Made by a program: the position numbers and the translations under genes
The notes under the pieces: generated by a model
Told to the model about the DNA's origin: nothing
What the model saw: only the letters and a program-made list of their open reading frames with translations
Database searches by the model: none
Shown: one piece after another, positions 8,197 to 16,962 of the stretch
Layout of the letters: every line of letters begins with the position of its first letter
Numbering within the stretch: position 1 is the first letter of the stretch
Assembly (NCBI GenBank): GCA_037045155.1
Contig: JBAOIG010000005.1
Coordinates: forward strand, 257,006-321,005
Direction: 5' to 3'
DNA length: 64,000 bases
Source: Thermomicrobiales bacterium
GTDB lineage: Bacteria; Chloroflexota; Chloroflexia; Thermomicrobiales; CFX8

Positions 8197-8293
8197 TGGC
8201 GAGGGCGCATGGGAGTCGAACCCACCTGGGAGGCTCGTCACCCCCCACAACGGTTTTGAAGACCGCACGAGCCACCGGGCCCGATCCGCCCCC
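8197..8293 (-). tRNA. selC: tRNA-Sec (anticodon UCA)
   Basis: 97 nt: GGGGGCGG-AU-CGGGCC-CGGU-GGCUCG-U-GCGGU-CUUCAAA-ACCGU, a 7-bp extra arm, GUGGG-UUCGACU-CCCAU, GCGCCCUC-G-CCA. It has the 8/5 architecture, a 6-bp D stem with a 4-nt loop, G73 and an encoded CCA. Confidence 0.85.
8204..8265. repeat. Direct repeat copy 2 (62 bp, inside selC)
   Basis: See 7385-7446. Confidence 0.9.
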
Positions 8294-8313
8294 AAGGGCC
8301 GGACGCGATTGTA

Positions 8314-9876
8314 TCAGCGGCGGCGGCCGAAGCGGAGGGTGAGGGCTTCGGCGAGATCGTCGGGCGAGGTGACGATGAGGTCGCCGCCGGCCCGGTGCGC
8401 GAGCTCTTCGGCGAAGCGGACGACCTGGAAGTGACGCGAGAGGACGCAGACGACAAGGTCGATGCCATCGCGCCGCAGGCGGTGCGCCTCGGCGTAGGTC
8501 GCAGTGAGCGCCTCTGGGCCGGGCGGCTGGTGGAAGTGGACGCGGCCTTCGAGGTCGCGATGGGCGGTTGGCTCGCCGTCGGTGAGCAAGATCAGGGTGC
8601 GCTGCATGCCGCGGTGGGTGGCGAGGGCGGTGCGGGCGAGGCGCAAGGCGTCCTGGATGTTCGTGCCCATGCCGTAACGGTCCCAGCCGAGGGCGGGAAG
8701 CTCGGAGAGCTGAAGCTGGCGGGCGGTGTCGGAGAAGCCGGCCAGCAGGAGCTCGTCACGCGGGTAGCGCTGCCGGACGAGGCTGGTCAGGCCGAGGGCG
8801 AGCTGTTTGGCGGCGAGGAGATAGCCACGCTCCCCCATCGAGCGGCTGAGGTCGATGGCCAGCATCGTTGCGGCGCGCGAGGATTCTTCGCGCTCGAAGA
8901 CGGTGAAGTCGTCGGCGCGGAGGCGGACGGGCGAGCCGCCGCCACGTCGCACGGCGCTCATGACGGTGGCGCCGAGGTCGAGGGTGAGGGCGTCGCCGAA
9001 TTCGTACGGACGGCTGGCGCCGGTGAGGTCGTGCTGGCCGGCGACGCCACGCGCGGCGCGATCTCCGGAGCGGTGCGCGCTGATCCGTTCGAGCGTGCGG
9101 GCCAGCAGCTCGACGCTGATGAGTCTGATGGCGCGTGCGGAGAGCTGGCGCTTGCCGGGTTTGCCACGCAGATAGCCGGAGTCGGAGAACGTCTGGAGAC
9201 TCACGGCGAGGCGGGTGAATCCATCGGCTGCGCGGTCACCGAGGGCGTGACGGACGAGCTGTTCGTCGATCAGATCGACATCATCGACGCGCCGAACGCT
9301 TCGCACCTGCTTCTCAAGGTCGTCGAGGGCGCTGAGATGGGCAATCTGCGTCAGCAAACCCTGGCTGGCGCCGCCCATCGAGAGGTTGATGTCGTCGGAG
9401 TCGAGGTGCCGGCCGGCGTCGGCGAGACGCTCGCGGAGGGCGGCGTCGAGCGGGAAGCGCTGGTCGGCGTCGAGGCCGGAGATCATCCGGGCGGAGGTGG
9501 CGGCGTTGGCAGTGAGGGCGTCGAGCAGACGGCTGAGGTCGGCGTCGAGCGATTGCGCGCCGCCCTGCTGGAGCTGGTCGACGAGGCGTTGGAGCTCGGG
9601 ATCGGCAGCGATCGCGTCGAGGAGCTCGCGGCGCTGGCGGCGTAGCAGCTCGCGGAGTTCGTCGAGGCCGAGCGCCTCCAGGTCGCCCGACGCGACGCCG
9701 CGGTGGAGCGCCTTGTCGAGCGCCTGGTCGATGCTGCCGGAGAGCAGATCATCGGCGAGGGCGGCGAGAAGGTCGGCGGGCAAGATCGCGGGGACGGACT
9801 GAGTGTCATCCCAGGCACGGTATCGATATCGCGGCGCGGTGGCGCGGTCTGCCTCGGTCACGTTGAGGACCTCCAT
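8314..9876 (-). CDS. von Willebrand factor type A (VWA) domain protein, CoxE-like
   Basis: 520 aa. The C-terminal VWA domain has a MIDAS-type DLSRSM motif and TLILLTDGEPTAH. The N-terminal helical region is unassigned. Confidence 0.75.
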   Translation of the reverse strand: MEVLNVTEADRATAPRYRYRAWDDTQSVPAILPADLLAALADDLLSGSIDQALDKALHRGVASGDLEALGLDELRELLRRQRRELLDAIAADPELQRLVDQLQQGGAQSLDADLSRLLDALTANAATSARMISGLDADQRFPLDAALRERLADAGRHLDSDDINLSMGGASQGLLTQIAHLSALDDLEKQVRSVRRVDDVDLIDEQLVRHALGDRAADGFTRLAVSLQTFSDSGYLRGKPGKRQLSARAIRLISVELLARTLERISAHRSGDRAARGVAGQHDLTGASRPYEFGDALTLDLGATVMSAVRRGGGSPVRLRADDFTVFEREESSRAATMLAIDLSRSMGERGYLLAAKQLALGLTSLVRQRYPRDELLLAGFSDTARQLQLSELPALGWDRYGMGTNIQDALRLARTALATHRGMQRTLILLTDGEPTAHRDLEGRVHFHQPPGPEALTATYAEAHRLRRDGIDLVVCVLSRHFQVVRFAEELAHRAGGDLIVTSPDDLAEALTLRFGRRR

Positions 9877-10047
9877 TTCGATGGCAATTATAGGAACCGG
9901 CCACGGAACAGCGTTGGTATGGTGGGCAAGCCAGTCGGTAGAATGACAGGACGCCTATTTTCCCGGCCCATTCGATTCGGGCCAGCGGGTGCTGGCGGTC
10001 ACGGCCGGTGGGAGCATCACGACACGGTTAACGAGCAGCGTGAAGCA

Positions 10048-10905
10048 GTGGTGAACGATCAGACAGCACCGACCAGCCCCGGACTTCTTCTGCCGGCGCT
10101 GCTGGACGAGCTAGAACGCGTCCAGCTGGATGTCGAGATCGCGCGGCGTAATCGACGGATCGAGCATCTGCGCGAGCTGATCGTCGCAGAGCAGGCGGCC
10201 CAGCAACGGCTGCGCCTGCAGATCGACGAGCGGATCGGGCTGCTGCGGCGAGATATTGATCGGATTGGATCCGAAATCCAACGACTGGAGATTCGGCTGG
10301 AGCGGCTGACGTTCGCCAGCCGGGCGCTCTCCGACCACGAGCTCGATCACGAGGAGCAGGCAGAACGCGCCGAGGAGGCGCAGTTCTGGGCAGAGTGGCG
10401 GCAGCACCGCGACGAGCGCACAGGCACGATGGTGGCTCGCGCCCCCCGACAGAATGCCGATGCGAATCTCCGCCAGCTCTACCGGGCGCTGGCGAGGATG
10501 ATCCATCCCGACCTGGCGCGCGACACGGGGGACCGGGCGCGACGCGAGGCTGTGATGCGGCTGGCGAACGCGGCGAACGAGGCCGGCGATATCGAGCAGT
10601 TGCGCCGGTTGCTGACGATCTGGTCGAAGGCGGACGCGGGGGAGATGACCCGCGACACGCGGACGATGCGGGCGCGACTGACCGAGCGCGAGGTGGAGAT
10701 CGCCGAGTTGGAGGCGGAGCTCGAGGAGCTGGCCGAGAGCACGCTCGGGACGCTCCGCCGACGCCCGCGCGCCGACCTGGCGCGGTTCGTCAAGCGCGAG
10801 GAGGAGCGGCTCCGGCGGGATGTTGCGACGCTTCGCCTACGGCGCCGTCGGCTATTGAGCTCGGTCGAGGACCGGCGTCAGCAGCTGACCAAAGCATCAG
10901 ACTGA
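10048..10905 (+). CDS. J-domain (DnaJ-like) protein with coiled-coil N-terminus
   Basis: LRQLYRALARMIHPDLARD contains the HPD motif. The flanking regions are heptad-like and Arg/Glu-rich. There is no ATG upstream, so the start is GTG at 10048 or 10051 (uncertain). Confidence 0.6.
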   Translation: MVNDQTAPTSPGLLLPALLDELERVQLDVEIARRNRRIEHLRELIVAEQAAQQRLRLQIDERIGLLRRDIDRIGSEIQRLEIRLERLTFASRALSDHELDHEEQAERAEEAQFWAEWRQHRDERTGTMVARAPRQNADANLRQLYRALARMIHPDLARDTGDRARREAVMRLANAANEAGDIEQLRRLLTIWSKADAGEMTRDTRTMRARLTEREVEIAELEAELEELAESTLGTLRRRPRADLARFVKREEERLRRDVATLRLRRRRLLSSVEDRRQQLTKASD

Positions 10906-11020
10906 GCGACTTTTCAATTGCTGGACAGAGGCCCGGAGTGCGCGTAGCATGAGCGGCGCGATTGGCGGCGGGCCAGCCGCCAACGTGATGGCTCTTGATT
11001 CCAACGTGGGAGGATCTGTA

Positions 11021-12910
11021 ATGAAGGACGACCTGAACGCAACGCCCGACCTTGGGGGATATTCACTCAATAGCCGGCTGACCCGGCGCGGGCTGCTGCG
11101 ACGGGCGCTGGGCGCCGCCGCCGGCCTGACGGTTGTCTCCGGCCTGCTGGCCGCCTGCGGTGGCAGCGCCACGGAATCGACAGCGACGACAGCCGCGCCG
11201 GCCGCCACACAGGCCCCCGGCTCAGCCGGAACGCCGACAACGGCCGCGACCGAGGCCGCGACCGAGGCGGCAAGCCCGGTGACGGGGAGCTCCCCGGTTG
11301 GGTCGCCATCAACCGGCGGCGGCATCCGCACCGAGGGCGGCGACCGGCTGATGGGCAAGACCATCGAGGAGCCGAAGAATACCGGCGGGACCCTGATTCA
11401 GGCGGACAGTCTCGACATCCGCACGCTCAACCCGGTTCTCCAAAACGACGTGCCCTCCGGATACGTCATCTCCCTCATCATGCAGAGCATGATCGAGACG
11501 AATCCGGACACGCTGGAGCCGACCGGCAACCTCGCCGTGGCCTGGGAGGCAGCGCCGGACGCGACAGAGTGGACGTTCTTCCTCCGCGATGGCGTGCGCT
11601 GGCAAGACGGGAAGCCGTTCACTGCGCAGGACGTCAAGTTCACTTACGACCTGTTCATGAATCCCGAGAGCGGCTCGAACCAGACCTCCGGTCTGGCAGC
11701 GAAGATCGCCTCAATCGATGTGGTCGATGACTTCACCGTCGACTTCAAGCTGAAGCAGGGGGTGGTTGACGCCCCGATCGACCTCGGTAGCTACGCAATC
11801 CTTGCGAACCACATCTGGAAGGATGTCGCCCCATCAGCTGTCCAGCAGGACCCGGGCTCGACCGGCGCGGACCCGTCGCGCGTGGTCGGGACCGGGCCAT
11901 TCAAGTTCAAGGAGTGGGTCACCGGTGACCATGTCACGCTGGTGAAGAATGACGACTACTGGGATGGCAAGGTCGTACTTGATGAGTGGATCCTCAAGAT
12001 CGTCCCAGACACAGCGTCGGGGATTCAGCAGCTGAAGACCGGCGAGATTGACATTTTCCCGGGCGTCGATGCCGGGCAGGTTCCGGATTTCAAGAACACC
12101 GATGTGAATATCGTCATCTACCCGCAACTGAGCTTCTCGTTCTACGGCACGAACCTCGACGAGACAAAGTCGACGAAGTTCCAGGACGCACGAGTGCGCC
12201 AGGCGCTGATGTACGGGCACGACCGGCCGGCCATCGCCGAGAACATCTATTTCGGTTACGCCGAGGTAGCGGTTGGGACGCTGCCGACGATGTCGTGGGC
12301 GGCGAATCCAAAGGGCATCAAACCAGAGCTGCGCTACGACTACGACGTGGATAAGGCGAACCAACTGCTAGACGAGGCCGGCTGGGTGGTTGGCGCTGAC
12401 GGCATTCGAGCCAAGGACGGCCAGCGGATGTCGTTCACGATGTATGGCATCTCGGGGAACAACATCGCGGTACAGACACTGCAGGCTATGCAGGCGGACT
12501 GGAAGAAGATCGGTGTCGAGATGACGCCGCAGCCAGAACCATTCCAGCAACTCGTCTCACGAATCACCGAGACGTTTGATTTCGAGATATTCCTGGTCGG
12601 CTTCAGTTGGGACGCAACGCCAGATCAGTCGCCGATGTGGGCCTGCGATTCGTACAAGGCCGGATTCAACATGGTCAAGTACTGCAACCCGAAGGTGGAC
12701 GACCTGCTGAAGAAGGCGGCGGCAGAGCCGGACAAGGCGAAGCGCATCGAGCTCTATACCGAGTTTCAGAACGTGCTACTGGCCGATGTCCCGATGGGGG
12801 TGACATTCTTCGGCCAAGGCATCACTGGTGTGAGCAAGCGCGTGCACAACTTCTTTGCAAACCAGCAGAACACGCGGTTCAACGCTGAGACCTGGTGGGT
12901 CGAGAAGTAG
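11021..12910 (+). CDS. ABC transporter substrate-binding lipoprotein, family 5 (peptide/nickel, OppA/DppA-like), Tat-type signal
   Basis: SRLTRRGLLRRALGAAAGLTVVSGLLAACGG (twin-Arg plus lipobox), an Ala/Thr/Pro linker, then the SBP_bac_5 body. ATG at 11021 follows GGGAGGA. Confidence 0.88.
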   Translation: MKDDLNATPDLGGYSLNSRLTRRGLLRRALGAAAGLTVVSGLLAACGGSATESTATTAAPAATQAPGSAGTPTTAATEAATEAASPVTGSSPVGSPSTGGGIRTEGGDRLMGKTIEEPKNTGGTLIQADSLDIRTLNPVLQNDVPSGYVISLIMQSMIETNPDTLEPTGNLAVAWEAAPDATEWTFFLRDGVRWQDGKPFTAQDVKFTYDLFMNPESGSNQTSGLAAKIASIDVVDDFTVDFKLKQGVVDAPIDLGSYAILANHIWKDVAPSAVQQDPGSTGADPSRVVGTGPFKFKEWVTGDHVTLVKNDDYWDGKVVLDEWILKIVPDTASGIQQLKTGEIDIFPGVDAGQVPDFKNTDVNIVIYPQLSFSFYGTNLDETKSTKFQDARVRQALMYGHDRPAIAENIYFGYAEVAVGTLPTMSWAANPKGIKPELRYDYDVDKANQLLDEAGWVVGADGIRAKDGQRMSFTMYGISGNNIAVQTLQAMQADWKKIGVEMTPQPEPFQQLVSRITETFDFEIFLVGFSWDATPDQSPMWACDSYKAGFNMVKYCNPKVDDLLKKAAAEPDKAKRIELYTEFQNVLLADVPMGVTFFGQGITGVSKRVHNFFANQQNTRFNAETWWVEK

Positions 12911-12933
12911 ACAACCGAACGACGGTAGTCCGG

Positions 12934-12962
12934 GGGTGGTCGGCATCGGGCCGGCCACCCTT
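12934..12962 (+). terminator. Rho-independent-type hairpin after SBP copy A
   Basis: GGGTGGTCGGC-atcgg-GCCGGCCACCC (11 bp with one G-U) followed by TT. Confidence 0.5.
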
Positions 12963-13164
12963 CGTGATATTCGGGGCCGTGAACAGGGCGTCACCTCATC
13001 GAGGCAGCAGGCTGCCATCGGTCCGAACGGCAACCGCTATGGGGATTTCCAGGTTGGGTCGCCAGATACTGGACATGTGTCGCAGCGCATGCGTACCATC
13101 TTACGGGCCGCCGGAAGGCGATCACCAGATTCAAGAGACGTATTGGCACAGAGGAGGATTCTCG

Positions 13165-15063
13165 ATGGGGGATGATTCGAGCTCATCGTCAGATCAGTCA
13201 GGGTATTCACTCAATAGCCGGCTGACCCGACGCGGGCTGCTGCGACGGGCACTGGGCGCCGCCGCCGGCCTGACGGTTGTCTCCGGCCTGCTGGCCGCCT
13301 GCGGTGGCAGCGCCACGGAGTCGACAGCGACGACAGCCGCGCCGGCCGCCACACAGGCCCCCGGCTCAGCCGGAACGCCGACAACGGCCGCGCCGGCCGC
13401 GACCGAGGCCGCGACCGAGGCGGCAAGCCCAGTGACGGGGAGCTCCCCGGTCGGGTCGCCATCAACCGGCGGCGGCATCCGCACCGAGGGCGGCGACCGG
13501 CTGATGGGCAAGACCATCGAGGAGCCGAAGAATACCGGCGGGACACTGATTCAGGCGGACAGTCTCGACATCCGCACGCTCAACCCGCTGCTGCAGAATG
13601 ACTCGCCGTCGTGGAACGTGATCTCGCTCTACATGCAGAGCATGATCGAGACGAACCCGGACACGCTGGAGCCGACCGGCAACCTCGCCGTGGCCTGGGA
13701 GGCAGCGCCGGACGCGACAGAGTGGACGTTCTTCCTCCGCGATGGCGTGCGCTGGCACGATGGGAAGCCATTCACCGCGCAGGATGTGAAGCTGACCTAC
13801 GACCTGTTCATGAATCCCGAGAGCGGCTCGAACCAGACCTCCAGTCTGACATCGAAGATCGCCTCGGTCGATGTGATCGATGACTTCACCGTCGACTTCA
13901 AGCTGAAGCTCGGAGTCGTTGACGCGCCGATCGACCTCGGGGCCGCGTGGATCTTCGCGAATCACATCTGGAAGGACACCCCTCCGGCGAGCATCCAGCA
14001 GGATCCGGGCTCGACCGGGGCGGACCCGTCGCGCGTGGTTGGGACCGGGCCATTCAAGTTCAAGGAGTGGATCACCGGCGACCATGTCACGATGGTGCGC
14101 AACGACGACTTCTGGGATGGCAAGGTGGCGCTCGACGAGGTGATCTATAAGGTCGTCCCGGACTCGGCGTCGGGGATTCAGCAGCTGAAGACCGGTGAGG
14201 TTGATATCTTCGCTGGCGTCGATGGCTCGCAGGTTCCGGACTTCAAGAACACCGACGTGAATATCGCCGTCTACCCGCAGCTCAGCTTCATCTTCTATGC
14301 AACCAACCTGGACGAGACGAAGACGACCAAGTTCCAGGATGTGCAAGTGCGGCAGGCGCTGATGTACGCGCTCGACCGGGAGGCGATCGTCGAGAACATC
14401 TACTTCGGCTACGCCGAGGTGGCGGTCGGGACCATTCCGACGATGTCCTGGGCGGCAAACGCGAAGGGCATCAAGCCCGAGCTGCGCTACGACTACGACG
14501 TGGATACGGCCAAGAAGCTGCTCGACGAGGCCGGCTGGGCGCCAGGCGCCGACGGCGTCCGGGCCAAGGACGGCCAGCGGTTGTCGTTCACGATGTACGG
14601 CATCGGCGGCAACAACATTCATATTCAGATGTTGCAGGCCATGCAGGAGTACTGGAAGGTTGTCGGCGTCGAGATGACGCCGCAGCCAGAACCGTTCCAG
14701 CAGCTGGTCTCGCGCATCACGGAGACGTTCGACTTCGAAACGTTCCTGGTCGGCTTTGGCTGGGACGCGACACCTGACCAGTCCGCGATGTGGGCCTGCG
14801 ACTCGTACAAGGCCGGCTTCAACATGGTCAAGTACTGCAACCCGAAGGTGGACGATCTGCTGAAGAAGGCGGCGGCAGAACCGGACCAGAAGAAGCGGAT
14901 CGAGCTCTACACCGAGTTCCAGAATGCGCTTCTGGCTGACGTCCCGATGGGTGTGACGATCTTCAGCCAGGGCATCACCGGCGTGAACAAGCGCGTGCAC
15001 AACTACTTCCCGAATCAGCAGAACACGCGGTTCAACGCTGAGACCTGGTGGGTCGAGAAGTAG
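13165..15063 (+). CDS. ABC transporter substrate-binding lipoprotein, family 5, tandem paralogue of 11021..12910
   Basis: Same Tat/lipobox signal and linker, and the two proteins are colinear throughout. ATG at 13165 follows GAGGAGGA. The ORF-track N-terminus (from 12895) is upstream read-in. Confidence 0.88.
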   Translation: MGDDSSSSSDQSGYSLNSRLTRRGLLRRALGAAAGLTVVSGLLAACGGSATESTATTAAPAATQAPGSAGTPTTAAPAATEAATEAASPVTGSSPVGSPSTGGGIRTEGGDRLMGKTIEEPKNTGGTLIQADSLDIRTLNPLLQNDSPSWNVISLYMQSMIETNPDTLEPTGNLAVAWEAAPDATEWTFFLRDGVRWHDGKPFTAQDVKLTYDLFMNPESGSNQTSSLTSKIASVDVIDDFTVDFKLKLGVVDAPIDLGAAWIFANHIWKDTPPASIQQDPGSTGADPSRVVGTGPFKFKEWITGDHVTMVRNDDFWDGKVALDEVIYKVVPDSASGIQQLKTGEVDIFAGVDGSQVPDFKNTDVNIAVYPQLSFIFYATNLDETKTTKFQDVQVRQALMYALDREAIVENIYFGYAEVAVGTIPTMSWAANAKGIKPELRYDYDVDTAKKLLDEAGWAPGADGVRAKDGQRLSFTMYGIGGNNIHIQMLQAMQEYWKVVGVEMTPQPEPFQQLVSRITETFDFETFLVGFGWDATPDQSAMWACDSYKAGFNMVKYCNPKVDDLLKKAAAEPDQKKRIELYTEFQNALLADVPMGVTIFSQGITGVNKRVHNYFPNQQNTRFNAETWWVEK

Positions 15064-15086
15064 ACAACCGAACGACGGTAGTCCCG

Positions 15087-15122
15087 GGGGTGGTCGGCAT
15101 TGGGCCGGCCACCCCTTTCTTT
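15087..15122 (+). terminator. Rho-independent terminator after SBP copy B
   Basis: GGGGTGGTCGGC-attgg-GCCGGCCACCCC followed by TTTCTTT. Confidence 0.65.
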
Positions 15123-15147
15123 ACGAGATCGACACCACTGAATCGCG

Positions 15148-16941
15148 CTAGTCCTGCTCTGCTGGCAGCTCCTGCCAGAGGAGCGCATTCTCGACGGCCT
15201 CGATGGCGTGGATGAGCTCCCAGACGACCTCGTTCTGACTACGAGTGAGGTCGTTGAGAATCACATGGCGCATATCGTCTCCGGCGTCCGCAAGTTGCAT
15301 CGCGGAGGCGAGTGCCGGGACTGGGGGGATGCCCCGCGCCGGGTCCTGGCGGAAGCGGCCGTCGCGGGTGTAGCCGAGCGTCACGAGGATTCGTCCCACG
15401 TCGATCTGGAGATCGTTTGCAAAGGCGAGCAGCTCGGGATCATCACCGATCGAGTCGAACGACGTGTATAGCTCGTCAAGGGCGTCGTGGAGCGCTTCCA
15501 GCAGGTCAAACGTCGGCTCGAAGTCGAACATATTCCGGGCAGCAGCCTGATACCGGCCGACGGCAGCCGCAATCTCGTCCACTGTCGCGCAGTAGTCAAA
15601 CGGCAGGATCGGCGCATTGACGGTGCGAAGGATGGCGGCGGCATAGACCCGCATGTCTCGCAAGAGGTTGTCGCGGTCGGCGATCCCGATCGTGTCGTCC
15701 TCGGTATGCCAGGCGATGTTGCCGCCGCAGCCGCCGACGGGGTAGTAGCCCTTCTCGGCGATGAGATCCTGCGGCATGGTCGAGGACAGCATGAAGTAGG
15801 TCGTGACGCCGAGGTTGTTGAACGAACAGTCGCCGGCGCGGAGAACATGGCTCTCGCCGGTCGACTCCTGACCGGTGACATCGCGGATAACGGCGCTGAC
15901 GAAGTCGGCGGCCTCGCTCATCCAGGCGACGTTTTCGTAGACACTGGCCCAACGGCATCCGGGAGAATCGCAGTTCACGTGCGCGACGCAGTTCTGGAGG
16001 ATGTCGTGCGCGAACTCCTGGGCATACCAGGTCGATCCGGCATACCGGCCGTGCGAGTGGCCGCTCCACCAGGCGACGCGGACCGAGCGATCGAGCTTGT
16101 CGCGGTGGCGCTGGAAGACACGAGCCAGCTCGAGCAGAGTGGCATCGCCGGTGGCGTTGTCGCCGACGCCGACATGCCACGAATCGAGATGGCCATGGAA
16201 GAGCAGGAAATCCTCGGTGGCAGCTCTCGCCTCGATTTCGGCGACGATGACGGGAATCTCGCGCCAGCCAGTATCGGTCTGGTTGGAAAAGGCGACGCGG
16301 ACGGGACCTTTGCGAAGCTGGTCGATGAGCTCCTCGCCATCGGGTCGGTTGATCGTCATGATCGGGACGGGCGGAGTTCGATCGAGCGAGGTGAGATCGG
16401 GAGAGCCCCAGGCCGTAGTCGTAATTCCTTCGTGGATGCGATGGCCGGGATTGATGAAGAGAGCTGCGACTGCGCCGGATTCCGCGAGGTCAAACCCGCG
16501 CGCGGCGATACCGAGCCCCTCGGTCATCACGATCTTCCCCCGCAGGTCCTGGCCGGCGGCGGTGCGCTGGTCGGAGAACAGCTCGGTGATCCCGGCCGCC
16601 TGATTGCCGGGCACGTAGACGAGCTCGGCCTCGATCTCTCGTCCGTCGGTCGTTGGCGAAAACGCAGGAGTCTTGACGACGTATTCAGCGCCCGGGTCGC
16701 CAACCACGCGGAGTGTGGCCGGCCCGGGCAGACTGATGAGGCAGGTCGGATGGTAGACGACGTGCTCGATACCCCAGCTCGCCAGCTTATCGGTGATGTA
16801 TTCGACAGCCTCGGCTTCTTCGTCTGAGCCGGACAGGCGGGTGAGCTGGCTGAAGCGCTCGATCAGTGCCCAGGGCTCATCCAGAGAGATATCGTCGAGG
16901 ATGGCCGCCTCGGTGGCGGGGTCACTCCAGGCTCGATTCAT
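15148..16941 (-). CDS. M28-family metallopeptidase-like protein with PA domain
   Basis: 597 aa. FHGHLDSWHVGVGDNATGDATLLELARVF is the M28 metal-ligand region. GAGGAG RBS. Confidence 0.7.
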   Translation of the reverse strand: MNRAWSDPATEAAILDDISLDEPWALIERFSQLTRLSGSDEEAEAVEYITDKLASWGIEHVVYHPTCLISLPGPATLRVVGDPGAEYVVKTPAFSPTTDGREIEAELVYVPGNQAAGITELFSDQRTAAGQDLRGKIVMTEGLGIAARGFDLAESGAVAALFINPGHRIHEGITTTAWGSPDLTSLDRTPPVPIMTINRPDGEELIDQLRKGPVRVAFSNQTDTGWREIPVIVAEIEARAATEDFLLFHGHLDSWHVGVGDNATGDATLLELARVFQRHRDKLDRSVRVAWWSGHSHGRYAGSTWYAQEFAHDILQNCVAHVNCDSPGCRWASVYENVAWMSEAADFVSAVIRDVTGQESTGESHVLRAGDCSFNNLGVTTYFMLSSTMPQDLIAEKGYYPVGGCGGNIAWHTEDDTIGIADRDNLLRDMRVYAAAILRTVNAPILPFDYCATVDEIAAAVGRYQAAARNMFDFEPTFDLLEALHDALDELYTSFDSIGDDPELLAFANDLQIDVGRILVTLGYTRDGRFRQDPARGIPPVPALASAMQLADAGDDMRHVILNDLTRSQNEVVWELIHAIEAVENALLWQELPAEQD

Positions 16942-16962
16942 GTGCCGCTCCTCGTCTTCTCG

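Noticed and set aside
8395-9645. 416-aa ORF antisense to the VWA gene, and the similar shadows 13462..15000, 15487..16827, 28357..29940, 34326..35408, 47003..48343 and 56804..58030
   Set aside because: All lie opposite genes with strong motif support, have biased composition with no motifs, and lack RBS-like sequences at their starts.
9914-9944. Sigma70-like promoter (TTGGTA-N19-TAGAAT) for the J-domain gene, and TATACT at 52002-52007 upstream of tRNA-Thr(CGU)
   Set aside because: The -10 hexamers are good, but the spacer is 19 nt in the first case and there is no convincing -35 in the second. The promoter consensus for this lineage is unknown, so neither is reported as a feature.
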